From contig NC_042997.1 in assembly GCF_006345805.1 (NCBI RefSeq), positions 170,934,001-170,998,000 of the forward strand: 64,000 bases of DNA, written 5' to 3'. The notes beneath the pieces were generated by a model. It did no database searches, was not told the DNA's origin, and saw only the letters and a program-made list of their open reading frames with translations. A program made the translations under genes and the position numbers. Positions 38,951 through 51,100 of this stretch are shown piece by piece (positions within the stretch are counted from its first letter, which is position 1; each line of letters opens with the position of its first letter). The stretch comes from Octopus sinensis. Its lineage: Eukaryota.

Positions 38951-40194
38951 AAGAGGTTAAATAGATGCATAAATCTTGAGAATTAGAGAACATTTAAAGG
39001 AACAGGGAAGACTAAACATCAGAAAGAGACAAAAGATGTGTGGAAGAGTAGAAAGTCAGACCCATTTATCATGATGAGAGGAATAGAGAACATTATTATG
39101 ATTATCGGTCAGTGATAGGGGTATCTAAGAAGAATCAAATAAGAATCATAATAGAAATTATGAGAGTCAGAAAGATAGTAGACATAGCTCCATCATCAAA
39201 TAGATTTGATTCATTAAAGCAAGACAAGACACCGGAGTTCAATATGTCTATCAATATATGAAAGATGCTAAAATTGGTTAGAATACAGAATGGATGTACA
39301 GGTCAGTGGAGTCAAGAAATTGTCAATCAAAATTTGGTTTGTTAATATCTGAAACAAAAATGTTACAAAAACATTCACACAAGTAAGAAGAAGAAGAAGA
39401 AAGGAGACTGGCCATCTCATCAGTTAAAATGTTCTGGGAATAATTATCTCAAAACTAATATTTCAATGAGGTTAATAGAATTAAAGACTGCAGTGAATGT
39501 AATTGGTAAAGAAAGGCTTCCTTTGGAATAATGGTTTGATTAAAGAAAACAAAGAAACCAAGAGTATCATTCCCAGTGAGACAAATAATAATACAGTAAT
39601 AGCTTAGATGAACAAGATAAATACAGTGCCGAGTAGCAAAAGTGGTTGGTTATAAGGAAATAATTTAGCGTAACAGAAAGAAAATAAAACTCATGTGTGC
39701 ACACACACACACACACACATTAGATTGTGTGTGAGTGAGTGTGTATGTGCTTGTGCATATCTATAACACATTACAACCACTATCCTATTGATATATCTTC
39801 TACTGTTTCTACAACATTTTCGGCTCTTCTACTCTCGGTTGTATATCAGCCAGCCCACCATGTTCAAAGCAACCGAGAAGCATCTGCCTTTCCCCCTACT
39901 TGTAAATCCCAGCTGTGCCTAATTTTTCACATTTCATAATAAACACCTGCCTAATCCTTCCTTCCCATAGAAACTGCAATTGTTAACACCCTTGCCGTCT
40001 CTTATGCGTACTCCTTCCCTTCACACAGGCACATACATACATTAGAGTCTATATGCTTCTATTATAAAGTGTACCATTAGTATTTCTGTTTCGTATAGCA
40101 ATACAGGAGAAATACAACAGATGCATACACACACAGAGAGACTACACAAAGTTATCAATCAAAGGAATCATAAAATGTAATGAAAAGTAGACAC

Positions 40195-40590
40195 AAAATG
40201 TGTGGCTGTGTGGTAAGTAGCTTGTTTACCAACCACATGGTTCCGGGTTCAGTCCCACTGCATGGCACCTTGGGCAGGTGTCTTCTACTGTAGCCTCGGG
40301 CCGACCAAAGCCTTGTGAGTGGATTTGGTAGACGGAAACTGAAAGAAGCCCGTCATATATATGTATATATATGTATGTGCGTGTATGTTTGTGTGTCTGT
40401 GTTTGTCCCCCTAGCATTGCTTGACAACCGATGCTGGTGTGTTTATGTCCCGTCACTTAGCGGTTCGGCAAAAGAGACTGATAGAATAAGTACTGGGCTT
40501 ACAAAGAATAAGATCCGGGGTCGAGTTGCTTGATTAAAGGCAGTGCTCCAGCATGGCTGCAGTCAAAATGACTGAAACAAGTAAAAAGAG
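40195..40590 (+). mobile_element. SINE family A, young copy
   Basis: Nearly identical to 52958-53345. Confidence 0.92.
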
Positions 40591-41407
40591 AAAACACAGA
40601 AACCTACTCCCACAGTACTATATTAGAGTAGGTGCATATCTAAAACGAGATTCAATACACACTTATATTATAATCCCGTGTACAGTAGAACAGAAGATGG
40701 TCCATGTTTCTGACTGTATTTTGATTCCAGGGCGTAGATATGTCATATCATTTACACCACTAAATGCAGTGAAGACATGAAACTCATATTTTCCATTTCC
40801 CTGTTCTGCAAATGTAACAGAGCTAATTGATCATTAGATAATAATCTGAGAGTAGAAACAGACAATTAGATATTTATCATGAGATAAATAAAATACTGAC
40901 TAAATATTATGTTAGGACATTTATTGACTCTGGTTTATTGGATTCTTGGTCATAATGAGAAAAATTACATGCCATATGATAGAGCATAGTGGTTAACCTT
41001 CTAAGCTGTGGAATATGTCCACTTAATGGTGGATAGGTGTACATGTGATAAATTTTATGTGAAACAGACTGGTATATATGCTAGCCACTACTACATATAA
41101 CCCAGATAGAGAGTACAATGGAAGACTTGTTGAAATGACTAGGTAAACATAATCTGAAGATGAGTAGTGGAGTGGTTCTATTTTTTTTTTCTTTCATAGG
41201 TGGAGCTGAACACATCATTTAAAGCTAATGAACGACTTGTTAGTTTTATACTTTGTAAAAGAACTGAGAGTAGTTCAAACCTACCACACTGTATCTTTGG
41301 TTTGACCAACTAAGTTACATGTCTGAGGAATCATAACTGTATGTTTGTTGATGAGTGTGTGTGAGGATAACACTGACATGAACTCAGCAAAGTAACTGGC
41401 AGCCTGC

Positions 41408-41650
41408 CGGTTATAAAGGCAGTGAGCTGGCAGAAACATTAGCACGCCGGGCGAAATGCTTGGCGGTATTTCGTCTGCCATTACGTTCTGAGTTCAAATT
41501 CCACCGAGGTCAACTTTGCCTTTCATCCTTTTGGGGGTCGATAAATTAAGAACCAGTTACACACTGGGGTCGATGTAATCGACTTAATACCTATGTCTGT
41601 CCTTGTTTGTCCCCTCTATGTTCAGCCACTTGTGGGTAATAAAGAAATAG
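41408..41650 (+). mobile_element. SINE family B
   Basis: AAGGCAGTGAGCTGGCAGAAAC head to a ...GGGTAATAAAGAAATAGAAATAGG end. A decayed minus copy lies at about 44105-44275. Confidence 0.88.
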
Positions 41651-42531
41651 AAATAGGTTATGATGACAAGGGTTCCATTTGATCCTATTAACATAATAAC
41701 TCGAGTGTGAAATAAATGTGCAAGTGGCTGAGCACTCCACAGACATATGTACCCTTAATGTACTTCTAAAGAAGATTCAGTGTGACACAGAGTGTGACAA
41801 GGCTGGCCCTTCGAAATACAGGTACTACTCACTTTTGCCAGCTGAGTGGACTGGAGCAACATAAAATAAAGTGCCTTGCTCAAGGTTACAATGTGTAGCC
41901 AGAAATTGAATTCACGACCATACGATTATGAGCTGAATACCCAAACCACTAAGTCATGCACCTTCACTGACTCAGCAAAGTACTTCTCAACTAACTTTAA
42001 TCAAGCTTAACAGGCTTAACAGATAATTACAGGTAATTATAAATAGTTTGGGTTTGTAAGATTAGTTTCTAATGAGAGAGAAAATGCAAAGAATATTCTG
42101 ATACACCACAGTAATGAAAATATGATTAGTACTACCTTACAACTAATATAATTTCTATTTTGTAGTTTTCTTTCATGTAATAGTTACACACACAATTCTA
42201 CATGAAAGGAAAATTCTGAAAATCAATACCTAATGGAAATCAAAGCTATGCCAGCCTGACTGATACTCTGATAGGGTACCACTGCTAACAAGTTACAAAA
42301 CCCCAAATGTGATTCAGTAGTCATAGTATAGGAACCACTCTAGATTTCTTTAAATAAAACCTTACACAGCTTGTTTGCCACCATGATGACAATGTTTCCA
42401 GATATGTGTGTGTACACACATGCACACACTCACACAATATATATATATATATATATTGATGGCAAGATAACAAAAGAATGAAAGGGACCTCGATATTATA
42501 TAAATAGAGGAATTTATCTGAAAATATAATA

Positions 42532-42689
42532 TGTGACAATTATTTGGTAGCCATGATAAAACTCTGAGTTTCGGATGCCAAGGTGGAAATCCACGCCGCC
42601 ATCTCTTCAGTTATCGGGCCGTTGAAAAAATGCTATGAAAATGACCGTTAAAACAAATTGGAGTTTTATCATGGCTACCGAATAATTGT

Positions 42690-42693
<4 letters not shown>
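42532..42693. mobile_element. Unclassified MITE with 33-bp TIRs and TG...CA ends, 162 bp
   Basis: TGTGACAATTATTTGGTAGCCATGATAAAACTC / GAGTTTTATCATGGCTACCGAATAATTGTCACA (1 mismatch); abuts (CA)n(TA)n. Confidence 0.88.
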
Positions 42694-42746
<53 letters not shown>

Positions 42747-43888
42747 TTTGTGACCACAGTATATTACTTGTATGTAGAAATGTGTGTGTGTGAGTAACAT
42801 AGTGTTCCCCAGGTCAGTTTAACTACAACTGAACATCATTTCTTTTTAACGACAGTATAATTTTCCTTACCTTTTACTTGTTTCAGTCATAGGACTGTAG
42901 CCATGCTGGGGCACCACCATAAAGGGTTTAGTCAAATAAATTGATCCCAGTATTTATTAAAAAAAAAAAACTGGTGCTTATTCAATTGATCTCTTTTGCT
43001 GATCCGCTAAGTTGCGGGGCGTAAAGAAACCAACACCAGTTGACAAATGGTGATGGCACAGACACACACACACACACACTATAACAACACAGTGGGACTG
43101 AACCTGAAACCATATAGTTGCAAAATCAGGTTTCTTAAACCCACAGCCATGCCTGTGCTCTATTTTGAAGCAAAAGATGAGAAAAATAGGAGGAAATAAG
43201 AGAAATATAGCACAGAAATGTATTACTTCTGGACACACAATGTATATTAGATTTTACAAACCCACTCTCTTTTACTGCTGGTTTCTATAGACTCTAATGA
43301 AAATGACATGTACTTTAGAAGTGTGATGATTTTACAAAAGAACATCACAACCAGTAATCAATACTTATCTTATATATTCTCTTTCTTTTCTCTTCTGTTA
43401 AAGGATGAATTATTGAAACATCTCAACTACTAATAGCAAATTATCAGTCTTACAAGTGTAAAGCAACATAACAAATTTAGCAATCTTTGTATTGTCATTT
43501 TTGTTTTATTTTTTTTTAAAACTATATTTAACTTTTTTTTTGTGCTCTCAGTTTTTCTTTCTTTCCTTTTTTTCTTTTTGTTTGGTCATTAAATATAAGT
43601 GAATTTTCTTTCCTAAAACTTTTACTCTTTCACCGACACCATAAACCTCATATTGGCTTTGGTAAAATCAAATGATGTTGGTTAGCCCTACGTCAATCTT
43701 GATTGTATCAACCTATTATCAAAACAGTTCCAGCCATGACCATTCCCCTTAAAGCATGAAGTAATTTAATCGTTCTGATCGAAACCAACCTGCCATCAAC
43801 CATTCCTGATTCTATGAAACAAAATCCCTTTTTTAAAGTGATTTAAATTAAAACTTCCACCAAAATTTCATTATAAGAATCAGCTTAA

Positions 43889-44088
43889 TCCTTTCGTTAC
43901 CAGCCTGAGTACAAATGTCTTGTTTTCATAAGTTTTGAATTAAAATCTTCCACCAAACCTTAGTCACAATTTGTTCCTAACACTAGCTGAATGATAACTA
44001 AGTTATTTTACTAAATTCTTTGTTATATTTAAAGTACTTGAAAGAAATGCAGAGCATCTCAAAATAAATAAATACAGTAATGAAAGGG
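43889..44088. mobile_element. piggyBac-type MITE family P1
   Basis: TTAA at 43885-43888 and 44089-44092; homologous to 16437-16655. Confidence 0.9.
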
Positions 44089-45472
44089 TTAATAATGATG
44101 GTTTCAGCAGTTTTGAGGGGAGGGTGAAGTTAATTACATTAACCTCAGTACTTAACTCATACTTATTTAATTGACCCTGAAACGGTGAAAGGCAAAGTTG
44201 ATTTCAGTGGAATTTGAGTTTAGATTCTAAAAATAAATAAAATGCAGTTAAGCACTTTGTCTGGCTTATCACCTTAAACATCAGTTTAATAATGACTAAA
44301 TTATTGTACAAAAATCTTCATTATTTAAAAAATAATAATAATAATTGAAATAGAGGCAGTGTATTGCAACAGAAATATGGTAATAAAAGAGTTAAAAGAA
44401 GAATTTTAGCTTCTATTTCTGACAGACTGAGCAACCACACAAACTCTTTTCTTCTTGTGAGCGGATGTGTTTCTTAAGGATAGGTGGTGAGGTCTGTGAA
44501 ATAATAGAGATTAATTGTTTGATCAAATAAACTGTTCAGATACTAAACAAAGAATGAACAGCTAACAATGCAAGATTTATTGTACATTTATTGAAGGAAA
44601 TGACATGCTACATGATATATAATTTGTCGGAGACAAGAGAGCATTGGGGGCCAAGGATGATGACGGCAAAAGAGAGGAGATGGAAAGAACTACTAAAAGA
44701 CTGACGGAACTCTAGAATAAACCTTGTAATGATAGTAATTGGTTTCTTAAAGTTGCCACTCATTATTAATAATGACCTTAGCTACTGCAGCACAGCGTAT
44801 ATAACAAGCAACTGCATCACAGTATCTAATTAACTTACTGACAAGTCAAGGAAGAAGCTTCTGTGAGGGTATTCGACTTACTAAGGAATATCCCTCAAAC
44901 CAATCCCTAATGTCTTTAAAAATACGACACATTGTATAATCTAGTCCTACATACACTATGCCTTTTGGGGAAAAAAGGCGGAAGAAATTAGTTGTAATTG
45001 GATTGCCTTTCATTACAAACACTGAAATGTCTTGGAGTTAAACAGTATTAATCATCTTAATGAAAGTATTTAGTTAGTATTAACTTTTCATTAAAGTAAA
45101 AAAATGCAATATAATTCATTTTAACCAATAACATTCATGTATAATGCATGTGTTTATTATTGGCTAAGATGACTCTCCCAAAATACTAAAGACAATATCT
45201 AAAGATAATAATTCTCCAAACTATTAACTTATCTTTTTACAATGTTGTTGAGCGTGTTAACCATTTTTACAATGTTGTTACATGACAATGGTTACAGTAT
45301 TGTTGAGTATGTTTTGATTGGATTGATTTCCAATCATCTTCAGGTATGTTAATCCTGGATAAGTACATTGCTACATGTGAACTGAATTTGAACTAGGAAG
45401 CTATATTTCTAAAGTAAAGTTACTGATGGCTTTATCCACTAAGCCACTAATGGACACACACACATTCATTAA

Positions 45473-45917
45473 CCCTTTCGTTCCTGTATATATTTTGAGA
45501 TGCTTTGTGTTTCTATCAATTACTTTAACCCTTTAGCATTCAGATTATTCTGTAAAATGTAAAGCTTATGTATTCACACCATGTAAAATTAATCTTGCAT
45601 CATTTCATGGCTTTGAGATTTCAATGATGTGATTGTTTATTTTTAAAATGACACAATAAGGTAGCTATGAATGACCATATCTGACTAGTTTGAACATAAA
45701 ATAGGTAGAATATTTTGGCCAGATATGGCCGGTTTAAACACTAAAGGGTTAAGTATAACAAAACATTTCGTAAAATAACTTAGTTATCATTAAGCTAGTG
45801 TTAGGAACATAAACCGTAACATAGGTTTGGTGGAAGATTTTAATTCAAAACTTATGAAAATAAGACATTTGTACTACAGAGCTAGAGCCGGTTTCAGCCG
45901 GGTTGGAAATGAAAGGG
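45473..45917. mobile_element. piggyBac MITE P1 containing nested MITE P2 (45529-45748)
   Basis: Outer TTAA at 45469-45472 and 45918-45921; inner TTAA at 45525-45528 and 45749-45752. All four ends are CCCTTT/AAAGGG. Confidence 0.93.
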
Positions 45918-46573
45918 TTAACATAGTCATTAACCCATCAAGTTAATAACAATTATGTTGAATTTAGACCATCTCTCTTTTAAGGTAAAATGGTGTTTAT
46001 ATCTTTCTGGAAGAGAACATGTGCACTCTCAAAGTAATGATCACAAGCCAAGTCATACCTCATTGAGTGGTGAGTGAAAAGCTGAAGTCTTATTTTGTTA
46101 CTATTAAATAAGTTATGGTAATGAATTTTGAAGTTTTAGAAATGCATTGATTTTTTAGTGAAACAATAACATGTGTGGGTGTCTTGCTAGGTATGTGAGC
46201 TCAAGTGCAAAGAATAGGTGACCTAGCTGATATGTTACAGGTCTATTCTATGCAAGGTTGGCTAAAGCTGGTTACTTACAACCATTATTGTCAATACCAA
46301 CAAAACCTATGCAAGCCAACAACCTGAGTTTCTTATTCATTTTCTTGATACCTCTCCAAAATCACATCCATCTTTAAGAGGACACAGTAGATAATGTGAT
46401 GACAGGTGCATTATTTTTTATCAAACTTATAGTTTTGCTAGTTTCAGCCAGAAGACTGCAGTCTTGCCGGGGTACTGTCTTGGTGGGTATGGTCAAACAA
46501 AATGACAGATCATCAGGTCATAAACACAAACATACATACATACATGCATATATATATATATATATATATATAT

Positions 46574-46730
46574 AGGCACAGGAGTGTGTGTTAAGTAGCT
46601 TGCTTACCAACTACATGGTTCTGAGTTCAGTCCCACTGTGGCAGCTTGGGCTGACCGAAGTCTTGTGAGTGGATTTGGTAGATGGAAACTGAAAGAAGCC
46701 TGTCATATATATATATAAACATACATACAT

Positions 46731-46761
<31 letters not shown>

Positions 46762-47000
46762 TGCATGTGTATGTATGTATGTATGTATGTTTGTGTGTCT
46801 GTGTTTGTACCCCGAACATCGCTTAACAACCGATGCTGGTGTGTTTCAGTCCCCATAACTTAATGGTTCGGCAAAAAAAAACCAATTGAATAAGTAGTAG
46901 GCTTACAAAGAATAAGTCCCGGGGGCGATTTGCTCGACTAAAAGCGGTGCTCCAGCATGGCCATGGCCAAATGACTGAAACAAGTATAAGAATAAAAGAA
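46574..47000 (+). mobile_element. SINE family A with small internal deletion
   Basis: Family A consensus, lacking the GGCAAGTGTCTTCTACTATAGCC segment. Confidence 0.88.
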
Positions 47001-48459
47001 GAATATATATATGTGTGTGTGTGTGTATTTATTTATGAAGGACTTTCCACACAGTTTCCATCAGCCAAATTAACTCAATAAACATTGGTCAACCCAGGAC
47101 TATAAAAGACACTTGCCCAAAGTGCTGAGCAGTGGAACTGAACCTAAAAACCATGTGGCTGCAAAGCAAACTTCTTAACCCCACAGCCATGTCTGTACCA
47201 ACATTGAAATGAAAGAAAAAAAAAGGGGGGTTGTCATGACAGAAACACTTTAGGTTGTGGGGGTCTGTTCATTCACATATGAGCCTGAGCTAATAACAAG
47301 TACAGCGACAACAGCAACAACAACAAAATGAAATGAAAGAAAACAATTTGCTTGGTATATCTTCTTTAAATCAGATGACACATTAACAGCACGAAAGAAT
47401 AAAATTTCACAGTTAATAAGATTTGTTGACATATTTCGAAGGAATTATTATGAAAAGATCTCGTGGAAGGTTGTTTATGTGGGGTGGAGTGGGGAAGGAA
47501 CTGGCTATCAAGCGTCTAACATAATCAAAACAATTGGAGTAAACTAGAGATGGAAAACGATAGTAATGGTAAAATAAAGAACACACACACACACAATTCT
47601 ATTTTACATGGTACATGGCCTGAAGTCTTCACAGAAGACGAAGAAAGGAAATGTACAAGAAGAAAATAGATATTGTGCATAAGCAATGACTCTTTTTTAC
47701 TTGGTGTTTTGCATTTTTTTTTCTTCTTTCCAGAATATATCAATAAATCAATGGCATAACATAAATACAGAATTATTCCAAGTTCTTTACTACATTCAGA
47801 TCTGGTCGCTTTCTCTGAGAATTAATCAGGTTTATTGTTACACAAGATCAGTTCAAGGTTTTAGCAGTAGCAGATTTATATACCAGCTTGACAGGAACAG
47901 ATGTTCAAGTATTGGAAAATATACTTCTACCTCTGGAATAATAAAACTTCAAAAATTTGCCATTGTATATTAAAAGACAGTTTGTGGTATAACTACTAGT
48001 TGATTAAGATACTGGTTTTATCAAGGAAAATGATAATGATTAAAAAAAAAAAGTGTTTCTATGAAAATAGAAGTGAGGATTGGATATGAAGGTGGGGAAG
48101 GAGGGAAGTCCAATAAAATCCAGACATTAATTGGTGTTCCCACACATGCACAGCCTTTTGAATTTTGAAGGGTCTCAAAAATGATTCAAGTATTCATTAA
48201 ATTGTTAAGACAAAAAGTCTACGAAAATGGGTTTATGTGAAATTAGAAATATAGAGCTTAAGTAGCAATCCCGTGTGTGTGTAGATGGATAGACAAATAG
48301 ATAAATAGTCTGACAATGGATTAGCTGGTTGAAACTTTAAAGTCACTGTCAACAACATTCCTGTTTAAGAATGATGAATTTTCACTCTACAAAAGCATAG
48401 AGTAACCCATGAGATCACAATAGAACTGTTTTTATTATAACTGAATAAAAAGACAAACA

Positions 48460-48493
<34 letters not shown>

Positions 48494-48496
<3 letters not shown>

Positions 48497-48566
48497 TACT
48501 GTTCAGTGATGGTAAGATCAACAAAAAAAAAAAACTACTCCATCTGGTGAGAGATAATTTCATTAA

Positions 48567-48616
<50 letters not shown>

Positions 48617-48690
48617 GTGTACTGTTCAGTGATGGTAAGATCAACAAAAAAAAAAAAAACTACTCCATCTGGTGAGAGATAATTTCATTA

Positions 48691-48693
<3 letters not shown>
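48494..48693. repeat. Tandem duplication of a 75-77-bp unit separated by (TA)n
   Basis: GTGTACTGTTCAGTGATGG...TTTCATTAAAC at 48494-48568 and 48617-48693; the copies differ only in poly-A length. Confidence 0.95.
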
Positions 48694-48730
<37 letters not shown>

Positions 48731-48733
<3 letters not shown>

Positions 48734-48950
48734 AGAAGAAAGAAGATGTGCACCCAACACCAGAGCTGAAGACACCTCCGAAAGGGGGTGGGCCACGTCA
48801 AAACGGTAGAGGAGTAGGGGCCGAAACCGGATGTGGTTCCTCCTGATGATGTCTTGAGCTAACTGGATCCTATAAAGGAGCTGTTGTGGTAGCAGACCAC
48901 GAAACACGGTTGAAATTCTTCCTATATACACTCATAAATATTTGCTTTTA
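48731..48950 (+). mobile_element. GC-richer island after (TA)n, Penelope-like terminus
   Basis: Two CTGANGA...CGAAAC motif pairs, followed by ATAAATATTTG; PLE termini often have this layout (inference). Confidence 0.45.
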
Positions 48951-49149
48951 ATTTAAGTTATAATAAAAACAGTTTAATATTAAACTGAAGGATTACTCAA
49001 ACTTTAACAACAGTGATTCTGAATTCAGTCTGCTAAGCTACCATTGGAGTGCTTAACAGGCCAATGATGACTTAGAAGGCTGAATCTTTGAAGTCATTAT
49101 CAATAATGAAACCAAATCAAAATAGATGAACATCAATGGAATTTGTATC

Positions 49150-49613
49150 CTTGTGGTACCAGTGCCGGTGGCACATAAGAAAACCATCCGAACGTGACCG
49201 TAGCCAGTACCGCATCGACTGGCCTCCGTGCTGAGGGCACGTAACAAACACCATCCGAGCATGGCCGTTCGCCAGCCTCGTCTGGCACCTGTGTCGGTGA
49301 CACATAAGAAAACACCATCCGAGCGTGGCCGTCTGCCAGCCTCGTCTGGCACCTGTGTCGGTGGCACATAAAAAACACCATCCGAGCGTGGCCGTCTGCC
49401 AGCCTCGTCTGGCACCTGTGTCGGTGGCACATAAAATCACCCACTACACTCTCGGAGTGGTTGGCGTTAGGAAGGGCATCCAGCTGTAGAAACACTGCCA
49501 GATTTGACTGGCCTGGTGCAGCCTTCGGGCTTGCCAGACCCCAGTTGAACCGTCCAACCCATGCTAGCATGGAAAGCGGACGTTAAACGATGATGATGAT
49601 GATGATGATGATG
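49150..49613 (+). mobile_element. Family E retroposon, young copy with 63-64-bp internal tandem units
   Basis: One divergent unit (about 49173-49237), three near-identical units (about 49238-49427), the shared 3' body and a (GAT)n tail. Confidence 0.9.
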
Positions 49614-50657
49614 AATAATATCTATGTTTGTACACACACACATATATATGATGCACATTTTATTACGTAGAATAGGAATTGATATTTACTGAGTAGAATT
49701 GAAACAACTATTCCCAAGGGTATTTTTGTCTTTTAGTTGTTGATGATGTTTTCTTGTTGAGGGATAATAAATATTAAGAAAACAGTTAAAAAAAAAACAC
49801 TAAGTTAGAAGTGCATAATCAGAAGTGTAAGCACAATATACCTAAGTGGGAATTGAAGAAAATTGATATTAATTACAAATTTTCACAATTTACTGATTTA
49901 TATTTTTATAATATGTCATTTGTCTTCATTTCTTTAAAGGGAACTCTTTGAGAGGAATATAATCTAGAGAGAAGAGGAGGCGGGAAGAAGAGGAAATGAG
50001 AGAGTCTAAAGTTGCTAAAAAGATTTGTCTAGTAGTAAGATAATTAATGTTCTTGTTGTTGTTGTTATTGTTATTATTATTATCATTATCATCATCATCA
50101 CCATTATAGAGATTAGATGGAAGCAAAAAAAAAAGAAGCTTGGCTGACACACATCACCAACAGAATGGCAACAATGGAAAAAGCCAAGTGACAGCAACAT
50201 TAATAATAATTGAGGGATAAAGAAGAAAGTAGCAACAGCAATGTGTAAGGGATACAGAGAGAGATTCTATTATCAGTAATAAATATTTGCTATTATTGAT
50301 TATACCTATATTCTCCTAAACAATGGATATCAGGAAGGACTAGTGAGAGAAACTGGTGATGGAAAATTTTATTTTTCGTCAGTACTGGGTTGGCAGATAT
50401 ATCTAATGATAAAAGTAATTCCAGGTGTGGCTTCCTAGTCTTTTATCCAGTAAGTACTTGTCCTTGTTTTTATTTTAAATGATAGGGAATGATTTGTGCA
50501 AGAGTCAACTACTATTTCTAGCAGATCCAGAAACTATGAAGAGGCTCCATCATTACTTTGATGGTGAGTGGTGAATACATTGAGTGAGAAGAGATGGAGA
50601 TGGCTTCTGCTTTAGTTTTCAAGTACAGAACTGAGGACAAACTACTATATATACGTG

Positions 50658-51038
50658 GAGGCGCAATGGCCCAGTGGTTAGGGCAGCAGACTCGCGGTTG
50701 TAGGATTGCGGTTTCAATTCCATGACCGGGCGTTGTGAGTGTTTATTGAGCGAAAACACCTAAAGCTCCACGAGGCTCCGGTAGGGGTTGGTGGCGAACC
50801 CTGCTGTACTCTTTCACCACAACTTTCTCTCACTCTTTCTTTCTGTTTCTGCTGTACCTGTATTTCAAAGGGGCAGCTTTGTCACACTCTGTGTCATGCT
50901 GAATCTCCCCGAGAACTACGTTAAGGGTACACGTGTCTGTGGAGTGTTCAGCCACTTGCACGTTAATTTCACGAGCAGGCTGTTCCGTTGATCAGATCAA
51001 CTGGAACCCTGATCGTTGTAATCGACAGAGTGCCAACA
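50658..51038 (+). mobile_element. tRNA-headed SINE family C (tail variant 2)
   Basis: GGAGGCGCAATGGCCCAGTGGTTAGGGC (A box), GGTTTCAATTCC (B box); direct repeat ACTATATAT at 50644-50652 and 51039-51047. Confidence 0.9.
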
Positions 51039-51064
51039 ACTATATATGCACACACACATATATA

Positions 51065-51100
<36 letters not shown>

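Noticed and set aside
47686-47973. 95-aa ORF
   Set aside because: Low-complexity AT-rich composition, no recognisable motif and no consistent acceptor-donor pair.
49173-49427. CRISPR-like array (periodic hairpins every 63-64 nt)
   Set aside because: The units are near-identical along their whole length with no unique spacers, lie inside a (GAT)n-tailed eukaryotic retroposon, and have no cas genes nearby.
49053-49658. Repetitive or His-rich proteins in overlapping minus-strand ORFs
   Set aside because: Artefacts of the GC-rich tandem units and (GAT)n tail; several frames are open at once.
50658-50735. tRNA gene (likewise the heads at about 11528, 63100-63165 and 1700-1762)
   Set aside because: A and B boxes are present, but there is no acceptor-stem closure or sound anticodon stem, and each continues into a multi-copy SINE body.
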